From Rebecca billardiae RCC1528 (lineage: Eukaryota > Protista > Haptophyta), in the NCBI GenBank assembly GCA_965240325.2, contig OZ251253.1:248001-312000 (forward strand): a stretch of DNA of 64,000 bases, read 5' to 3'. A program made the position numbers and the translations under genes. Under the pieces are notes generated by a model. That model made no database searches. It saw only the letters and a list, made by a program, of their open reading frames with translations, and had not been told where the DNA came from. Below, in pieces: positions 22,901-29,551 of this stretch. The stretch's first letter is position 1. The number at the start of each line of letters is the position of its first letter.

Positions 22901-24540
22901 ACGCCGCGCACGCGGGCGTGCAGGAGCAGGCGTGCTGGGCGCTGCGCAACATCTGCACCGGCACCGACGCGGCTGGCCTCGCGCGCAAGCAGCGGGCGGC
23001 CGAGGCGGGCGCGCTCGAGGCGGCGGTGCGCGCGATGGGCGCGCACGCCGCGCACGTGGGCGTGCAGGAGGAGGCGTGCGCGGCGCTGTGCAACATCTGC
23101 AACGGCACCGACGCGGCTGGCCTCGCGCGCGCGCAGCGGGCGGCCGAGGCGGGCGCGCTCGAGGCGGCGGTGCGCGCGATGGGCGCGCACGCCGCGCACG
23201 CGGGCGTGCAGGAGCAGGCGTGCTGGGCGCTGCGCAACATCTGCACCGGCACCGACGCGGCTGGCCTCGCGCGCAAGCAGCGGGCGGCCGAGGCGGGCGC
23301 GCTCGAGGCGGCGGTGCGCGCGATGGGCGCGCACACCACGCACGCGGGCGTGCAGGAGCGGGCGTGCCGGGCGCTGTGCAACATCTGCAACGGCACCGAC
23401 GCGGCTGGCCTCGCGCGCGCGCACCGGGCGGCCGAGGCGGACGCGCTCGAGGCGGCGGTGCGCGCGATGGGCGCGCACGCCGCGCACGCGGGCGTGCAGC
23501 AGTACGCGTGCTGGGCGCTGCGCAACATTTGCGCCGGCGACGACGCGGCTGGCCTCGCGCGCAAGCAGCGGGCGGCCGAGGCGGGCGCGCTCGAGGCGGC
23601 GCTGCGCGCGATGGGCGCGCACGCCGCGCACGCGGGCGTGCAGGAGCAGGCGTGCTGGGCGCTGCGCAACATCTGCACCGGCACCGACGCGGCTGGCCTC
23701 GCGCGCAAGCAGCGGGCGGCCGAGGCGGGCGCGCTCGAGGCGGCGGTGCGCGCGATGGGCGCGCACGCCGCGCACGTGGGCGTGCAGGAGGAGGCGTGCG
23801 CGGCGCTGTGCAACATCTGCAACGGCACCGACGCGGCTGGCCTCGCGCGCGCGCAGCGGGCGGCCGAGGCGGGCGCGCTCGAGGCGGCGGTGCGCGCGAT
23901 GGGCGCGCACGCCGCGCACGTGGGCGTGCAGGAGCAGGCGTGCTTGGCGCTTCGCAACATCTGCGTCGGCGACGACGCGGCTGGCCTCGCGCGCAGGCAG
24001 CGGGCGGCCGAGGCGGGCGCGCTCGAGGCGGCGGTGCGCGTGATGGGCGCGCACGCCGCGCACGCGGGCGTGCAGGAGCAGGCGTGCTGGGCGCTGGTCA
24101 ACATCTGCGTCGGCGACGACGCGGCTGGCCTCGCGCGCAGGCAGCGGGCGGCCGAGGCGGGCGCGCTCGAGGCGGTGGTGCGCGCGATGGGCGCGCACGC
24201 CGCGCACGCGGACGTGCAGGAGGAGGCGTGCTGGGCGCTGTGCAACATCTGCGCCGGCACCGACGCGGCTGGCCGCGCGCGCGCGCAGCGGGCGGCCGAG
24301 GCGGGCGCGCTCGAGGCGGCGCTGCGCGCGATGGGCGCGCACGCCGCGCACGCGGGCGTGCAGCAGTACGGGTGCTGGGCGCTGCGCAACATCTGCGTCG
24401 GCGACGACGCGGCTGGCCTCGCGCGCAAGCAGCGGGCGGCCGAGGCGGGCGCGCGTGGGGCTCTCGAGGCTGCGCAGGCTGCACACTCGAGCCACAGCCA
24501 GATCAGGAGCTTGACGACGCAGGTGCTCGGCATGATATAG
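19924..24540 (+). CDS. MLKL/RPW8-like helical N-terminal domain + acidic linker + RD protein kinase + 17 armadillo repeats; one intron 21481..21645
   Basis: ATG 19924 (MVEPVSVLVFVVQAAC...); kinase motifs LGQGTFGRVY, VAIK, HRDIKSNNVLL, DFG, GTLRYMAPE; CAG|GTGCGC...CACAG|GTG intron restores YNDEQ-VKDAVRDKRDRP; same ARM array and C-cap as genes 1/2. The N-terminal domain call is less certain than the kinase and ARM calls. Confidence 0.85.
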   Translation: MVEPVSVLVFVVQAACNDAIKRLEAVRESRGKVDELRDELAFLTMWLPHAREVDASDAQRTRALRQALRQVQRVASAIDQFARVFGARKRARRYVHAVADRNRFRQLGAQLDAAENRFFRALDVVTALRVQALETRLTALHVDDAEREADELQAAADADADEDEEEDEEEDDGDLEEAAADGVTDAIASAVAGAFGEEAGEAARGACDALRTDLAADARALIAELREQADADADADPEHSRRREVAAAARGRGRDGLRRMADEAERSLEAATQRAQVARTTGRPRAEWPAEYEMRADAVRRGELLGQGTFGRVYAGTLVASGEPVAIKEALQPGLGAVEMDELRRELVVQATARHVNVLGALGAHTEAPPPPFIVLERARHSLRAALGGAHGQLSDAAAAACMRDVAAGILFLHSQRVHHRDIKSNNVLLGADDRWKLADFGLATVKATTRHTLNSASTATTAHAGGTLRYMAPELLGISRSGARPMGDKVDSFAFAMLIYELLTRKLPWSIEGYNDEQVRQAPPLPRVIAATRQAPQLPRASRAGGWRAGRADVLTTGFRPRAAARPPPPRAQVKDAVRDKRDRPRVPRAALAGAPALQRARDVMVGLWRHEATERTAVTRDVVAELDEVARLLAPPPPPPSDEELRAMGWAELCSALNEAPHADAAQRVAGEMSSRTHAGDTARPEAAEAGALEAVVRAMGAHAAHAGVQRTACWALRNICAGTDAAGLARAQRAAEAGALEVAVRAMGAHAAHADVQLAACSALCNICKGTDAAGPARAQRAAEAGALEAAVRAMGAHAAHAGVQQHGCWALCNICNGTDAAGPARAQRAAEAGALEAAVRAMGAHAAHAGVQEQACWALRNICYGDDAAGLARKQRAAEAGALEAAVRAMGAHGAHAGVQQYGCWALCNICNGTDAAGLARAHRAAEADALEAAVRAMGAHAAHAGVQQYACWALRNICAGDDAAGLARKQRAAEAGALEAALRAMGAHAAHAGVQEQACWALRNICTGTDAAGLARKQRAAEAGALEAAVRAMGAHAAHVGVQEEACAALCNICNGTDAAGLARAQRAAEAGALEAAVRAMGAHAAHAGVQEQACWALRNICTGTDAAGLARKQRAAEAGALEAAVRAMGAHTTHAGVQERACRALCNICNGTDAAGLARAHRAAEADALEAAVRAMGAHAAHAGVQQYACWALRNICAGDDAAGLARKQRAAEAGALEAALRAMGAHAAHAGVQEQACWALRNICTGTDAAGLARKQRAAEAGALEAAVRAMGAHAAHVGVQEEACAALCNICNGTDAAGLARAQRAAEAGALEAAVRAMGAHAAHVGVQEQACLALRNICVGDDAAGLARRQRAAEAGALEAAVRVMGAHAAHAGVQEQACWALVNICVGDDAAGLARRQRAAEAGALEAVVRAMGAHAAHADVQEEACWALCNICAGTDAAGRARAQRAAEAGALEAALRAMGAHAAHAGVQQYGCWALRNICVGDDAAGLARKQRAAEAGARGALEAAQAAHSSHSQIRSLTTQVLGMI
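21988..24435 (+). repeat. Coding tandem array, 17 x 144 bp ARM repeats
   Basis: Span 2448 = 17 x 144. Confidence 0.95.
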
Positions 24541-24570
24541 CGCTAGGCCGAGGCGGGCGCTATTGCAGGC

Positions 24571-24607
<37 letters not shown>

Positions 24608-24640
24608 TTATTCCAATAATAATTATAATAATAAGTTCAT

Positions 24641-26386
24641 GTCTAGCCGTCCTCGTGAACGCCGACGCCAACTGCTGGCCGAAGGTGGGCACGCCGCCTG
24701 GCATGTCGATGCCGAGGCGGCTGCGTGTGTTCCTACTCAGTGGGATTTACGTGTCCTCATGCCTTGGCGAGCGGCAGCAGATGCGGTGGGCATGCCGCTC
24801 GCCGTCGACGAGACGCGGTGCGTGAGTGATCCCGCGCGGACGTCCGCTGACGGAAGGCTGAGCGCCTGCGGACTCGTCGACTGAACCTCCACCTGACCGC
24901 CCGGGAGCAGCACTGCCGGGGACCTAACCTGAAAAACCCAATCGTGTTGGGAGGCAGGGGGTCACATGAGCCCTAAGTGCAGCGCCGCAAGACCGGGCGG
25001 TCGGACGGCGGGTGTTGTGATCCCGCCGCCCGAGCACCAGACCAACGGGCCCTGGGTGGGCGGGTTGCCGAAAGATGTTGGTCGGTGCACGCGACGCGCC
25101 ACCCGCGTGCGAGCCGCCGCCGCCGGCGACGCAGGACGAGCTTGGCTGGAGCCATCTCGCACGCCGCGCCTGGCGAAGCAGGCGGCAGAGGCCGGCGCCG
25201 GAAACCGATCTCCTCGGCAGAAAGAACAACCCGGACAGACTGTTTGTCCGGGAGCAGCGCCCTTTGAGGCGATGGTCTGGTAGAGGGCGATGTGGCTGAT
25301 GAGCGGCGCTGGCGCCCGGCGTTCTTGTCGTCCTCTTAGACAATCAGTTATTGTACCAATAACCCCACGTCTAGCCGTCCTCGTGAACGCCGACGCCAAC
25401 TGCTGGCCGAAGGTGGGCACGCCGCCTGGCATGTCGATGCCGAGGCGGCTGCGTGTGTTCCTACTCAGTGGGATTTACGTGTCCTCATGCCTTGGCGAGC
25501 GGCAGCAGATGCGGTGGGCATGCCGCTCGCCGTCGACGAGACGCGGTGCGTGAGTGATCCCGTTTCATGGTGTGTTGGGGAGCACCGCGTGGAGGAGAAT
25601 CCCATTGAGCGATGGGAAGGAAAGGGGCAAGGCACGTGTGAGTCGCGCACGCACGAGGGCCGGCCAGCGGGGGCTGGGCAGGTGGGGCAGTGCGAGTGAG
25701 ACGGAACCCGAATAGGAGAGACAGCAGGCAGCCGGCCCCGCGGGCGCGGCGCTGCGGAAGCAGGAGAAGGCTAGACGGCCTTTGCGGATGCTGTGAACGG
25801 CCCGCGGGTGCGCACGGGGCCCGGCGCGCGGTGTGCCGCCAGCGGTCCTTGTGTAGGAGCCGGCTGGCGTTGGCACCGGGGCGATCCCGAGGCAGGGCGG
25901 GAGAGATGGAGCAGCGATCCGCGTGGGGGCGCACCCACGGAGGAGGAGGCATGTGGCGAAGAGGGAACGGTGCGATCGGGGCGGGTGCGGAAGAGCCACA
26001 GGGTGCGCACGCACACAGAGAGAGAAGAGGCGGTGGCCCGAAGCGCGAGGGGGCGCGATGCGGAGCGTTGCTTACCGCCGAGTTGCCGAAAGATGTTGGT
26101 CGGTGCACGCGACGCGCCACCCGCGTGCGAGCCGCCGCCGCCGGCGACGCAGGACGAGCTTGGCTGGAGCCATCTCGCACGCCGCGCCTGGCGAAGCAGG
26201 CGGCAGAGGCCGGCGCCGGAAACCGATCTCCTCGGCAGAAAGAACAACCCGGACAGACTGTTTGTCCGGGAGCAGCGCCCTTTGAGGCGATGGTCTGGTA
26301 GAGGGCGATGTGGCTGATGAGCGGCGCTGGCGCCCGGCGTTCTTGTCGTCCTCTTAGACAATCAGTTATTGTACCAATAACCCCAC
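24641..26386 (-). mobile_element. 1746-bp non-autonomous split-direct-repeat element (TOC1/PAT/Ngaro-like, DIRS order candidate)
   Basis: 194-bp repeat at 24641..24834 and 25369..25562; 305-bp repeat at 25064..25368 and 26082..26386; absent from the paralogous sites at about 9425 and 18059; no TSD or convincing ORF. Confidence 0.7.
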
Positions 26387-26682
26387 ATATAGGACCGCGT
26401 CAGCCGTACGTGCTCGTCGCGGTTGCGTCATATCAAATCCCGCTGCCGCGGGCGGCCGCTAGCGCGCTGCGCGCAGTGCTAGCTACTGCGACGGGCTTGG
26501 GTCTTGGGGCTGCCCAGCAGGCCCACTCCCAGAGCGAGTCGCCGAGTGTGTGCCCGCGAACGGTCACTACACGCGTCGCACTCGCTCCGCGAACAAATTC
26601 TGCGCGCTCGCGCGAGCTGATGATGTAGTGTCGTCGTCGTATCGTGTCCGCCCGTACGGCAGCAGCCCCACAGTGCCCGCGC

Positions 26683-27768
26683 TCACAGCGCGCCGCCGAT
26701 CGCCGCGGTGATCGACACGCCGCCCAGGACGATCACCAGCGCGGTCACCGCCCCCGCGAACCGCCCCGGGTCGACGCGCCGGTTGATCCACGTGCCGGCC
26801 ACGCTCGCGACCAGCACGCCCGGCACCGCGGCGAGGCTCTGCGAGAGCAGGTTGGAGGTGAGCAGCCCGGCGGCGGCGAAGTTGTACATCGCGAGCGCCT
26901 GCACGGGCAGGAAGAAGCGCGAGAGCATCGTCCGCTGCTCCGCGGGCGACCACTCGCGCAACGTCCCGAACACAACTGCCGGCGGGCCGGGCTCGGCCAC
27001 CGCGCCGCCGAGCAGCCCGGCGCACAGCCCGAAGAGCGCCGTCTTGGCGAAGGGCAGCGTGCGCAGCTCGGCGGCGGGGCGCGCGCCGCCGCCTTGCGCG
27101 CGCTCCTCGCCCACCAGCTCGAGCGAGGGCAGCTCGCAGAAGTCCGCGTCCGGCCGCGCGCAGTCCGGGCGGCGCAGCTTCCAGCCGCCGTACCCGACGA
27201 GCAGGACTCCGACCACGCCGCGCACGAGGTGCGGGTCGAGGCTGACGAGCGCGCGCACGCCGAGGGGCACGCCGACGAGCGCGGCGGCGAAGAGCGTGAG
27301 CGACTCGACCCACCGCCCCGTCGCGCGCATCTGCCCGTCGAGCAGGTCGGTCACCAAGTTGGCCGTGACGAGCACGGACGAGACGGCGGTCACGAGCGGC
27401 GCCGCCGCCGTCACGTCGAGGTGGAAGAAGAGGGAGAGGAGCGGCATCGCGAGGATGGCGTCGCCGAAGCCGAAGACGGCGGCGAAGAGCGAGGTGAACG
27501 CGAAGAGGCCGACGATGCCCAGGTTGACGCCGCTCAGCGCGGCGAGCACCATCGACTTGGCCGACCCCGCGGCGAGCGTCGCGGTCGGCGTCGCGACGAG
27601 CGCGGACTTTGCGCCGACGGCGCTCAGCACGTCGACTGCGGCGGTGTCGAGCAGCATCACCGCGCGGCTGCGCACGGGCGCACTCATCGACGGCAGGCTC
27701 GCAGGCCGCGGGATCGCGCAGCCGCCCGGAAGGCATAGCGCCAGGGCGGGGAGGGCGACGAGCCGCAT
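26683..27768 (-). CDS. TauE/SafE family membrane protein, 361 aa (copy 3)
   Basis: Same 1086-bp length and near identity to 18355..19440. Confidence 0.8.
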   Translation of the reverse strand: MRLVALPALALCLPGGCAIPRPASLPSMSAPVRSRAVMLLDTAAVDVLSAVGAKSALVATPTATLAAGSAKSMVLAALSGVNLGIVGLFAFTSLFAAVFGFGDAILAMPLLSLFFHLDVTAAAPLVTAVSSVLVTANLVTDLLDGQMRATGRWVESLTLFAAALVGVPLGVRALVSLDPHLVRGVVGVLLVGYGGWKLRRPDCARPDADFCELPSLELVGEERAQGGGARPAAELRTLPFAKTALFGLCAGLLGGAVAEPGPPAVVFGTLREWSPAEQRTMLSRFFLPVQALAMYNFAAAGLLTSNLLSQSLAAVPGVLVASVAGTWINRRVDPGRFAGAVTALVIVLGGVSITAAIGGAL

Positions 27769-28099
27769 CTTTCCCCAAGCCCGTCCAAATCGGGCGTACT
27801 TCCGGTGACGATTCGCCCCAAGCTGGTCGTTTTTTTTGGAGCGTGATCTCAACATCTCGCCAAATCTCCTCGAGCTCCCAAGTAATTAATTAAAAGCTGA
27901 GATCGCTGCCACTATTGAGGTTGTATGCACTGCATCGTTAAATCATTCTCGAGAAGCAGTCGTCCATCAGATCGATGAAATCTCATCGAGTCCACTGAGC
28001 AAGCAAGCACTCTCCGGCAACGCGGCATCTGAGGCACGCGGCGCGTCCTGTCCGCAACAGCGGCGGCACCAGCCCAGCGCGGCGCACGCGGCTCACGCA

Positions 28100-29359
28100 T
28101 CAGCTTTCCCCACGCGGCTCGGCCCGTCCCCGCCCGCCCTCCGGCGGCGTCTGGTGCGCCCTGGGCACAGCGCCGTAGTACTGCTTGAACGCGCGCCGCT
28201 TCCACTCGGCATATGTGATCGGCGGCGGCGGCGGCGTGGGGGCGGCACGCCCGGGATCGTCGTCACCCTCGTCCGTCGACGCGCCAGCTAGCAGACCCCG
28301 CTCCCGCACGCGCGCATCAAGCGGCCGTAGCACCACGCCCATCTCCGGCTGGAAGAAGAATGTCGCCGCCGTGCGGCGGCGCTCGCCCGTCGCGCCGCGC
28401 ATGCGCGCGAGCTCAGCCGGTGTGAACGCCACGCGGTGCTTTGGGCTGCGGATGCCGGCGCCGCCGGCGATGCGCTCGAGCACGGCGCCGGCGAGCACGG
28501 TGCACACGCCCGGGCCGTACGCGCCCGCCTCGCAGAAGCCGCCGCCGGCGCAAGCGTCGGCGCTGCCGCCGCCCGTCGCAGCCGCCGCCGAGCTCGTCAG
28601 CACAGCGCTCGGCGCGTGTCCGTGCGTCCGGCCGTCCGGCGCGCGCGCGCCGCTTCGCTCGGAGAAGACCTGCAGCCCGCGGCCGTGCTCGTTGTGCACG
28701 ATGATCGAGAGCACGGACGGGTCCGTGTGCGCCGGCAGCAGCACGTGCACGCCGTCGCGGTTGGTCGGCGGCGCCGCCGTCGCCTCGCTCGAGCCCACCG
28801 CCGCCGCGTCGGCCGTCGGTGCGGAGAGCTCGGCGTCGGCGCGCGGCGCGTCGTCCGCCGGCAGGGCGAGCGACTTGAGGTGGAACTGGCTATTCGCGCG
28901 CAGGTCCATCGCGCCACCCGGCTCAAAGTAGCCCGGCGCCAGCCCGAGCGCGCGCGCCACGTGGGCCATGACCGCGGCCGCGACCTCCCAGATTGAATCT
29001 CGCCACCGCTCGTGCGTGCGCGCGAACGCGGGCTCGTCGGCGAGCATGTCCGGGATGGGCTCGGCGTACTGGAAGATGTACCCCTCCCGGTACCGGTTGT
29101 ACCGGCTCAGCCCGCCCGGGCTGTGCCACCCGTTGTTCTCGCCGTCGGCGGCGGCGGCGCCGAGCGCGAACGCAGACTTGGCCGCGTGCGGCTGCGCGTC
29201 GAAGCGGTGGTAGAGGGCGAAGACGTCGCGGTTGAGCGCGTCGAGCTCGGGCGGGAGCGCCAGCGCGAACCCGCCGTGCTCGCGCAGCGCGGCCATCACC
29301 GCCTGCTCCTGCAGCGCGGGCAGGAGCGGCAGCGCGCCGTGCTCGCCGACGGCCACCAT
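28100..29359 (-). CDS. 2-oxoglutarate/Fe(II)-dependent dioxygenase (IPNS-like)
   Basis: ALREHGGF N-terminal motif, PAHTDPSVLSII (HxD), GLQV, SPKHRV (distal His), RTAATFF. Confidence 0.8.
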   Translation of the reverse strand: MVAVGEHGALPLLPALQEQAVMAALREHGGFALALPPELDALNRDVFALYHRFDAQPHAAKSAFALGAAAADGENNGWHSPGGLSRYNRYREGYIFQYAEPIPDMLADEPAFARTHERWRDSIWEVAAAVMAHVARALGLAPGYFEPGGAMDLRANSQFHLKSLALPADDAPRADAELSAPTADAAAVGSSEATAAPPTNRDGVHVLLPAHTDPSVLSIIVHNEHGRGLQVFSERSGARAPDGRTHGHAPSAVLTSSAAAATGGGSADACAGGGFCEAGAYGPGVCTVLAGAVLERIAGGAGIRSPKHRVAFTPAELARMRGATGERRRTAATFFFQPEMGVVLRPLDARVRERGLLAGASTDEGDDDPGRAAPTPPPPPITYAEWKRRAFKQYYGAVPRAHQTPPEGGRGRAEPRGES

Positions 29360-29551
29360 TTTCAGCCGGTCAACGGAGAGGTGGGCCCGGACCGCGAGAT
29401 GCAGCGCTCCCGGACCCCCCGGACCCTTGCTCCCGGCATCGTGCGGCGGTTCGCACTCGGCTGCGGTCGTGGCTTCCGAAAGGCCGCCCGCCCTTCCCCC
29501 GGGCAACGGCTCGCGACTGCCCACGCGCCGCGCGCTGAAGGGCGTCGCGCG

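Noticed and set aside
7357-24435. Conserved/variable alternation in the 144-bp arrays resembling a CRISPR array or a DGR target (variable codons mostly NNC/NNG)
   Set aside because: Units are in-frame ARM coding repeats with homologous variable parts, not unique spacers. There is no cas gene, reverse transcriptase or adenine-rich template repeat in the window, and fixed third positions are explained by extreme GC3 bias
6741-24884. Very long alternative-frame and antisense ORFs over the ARM arrays
   Set aside because: A stop-free GC-rich 144-bp unit is open in most frames; the products are Arg/Ala/Pro nonsense
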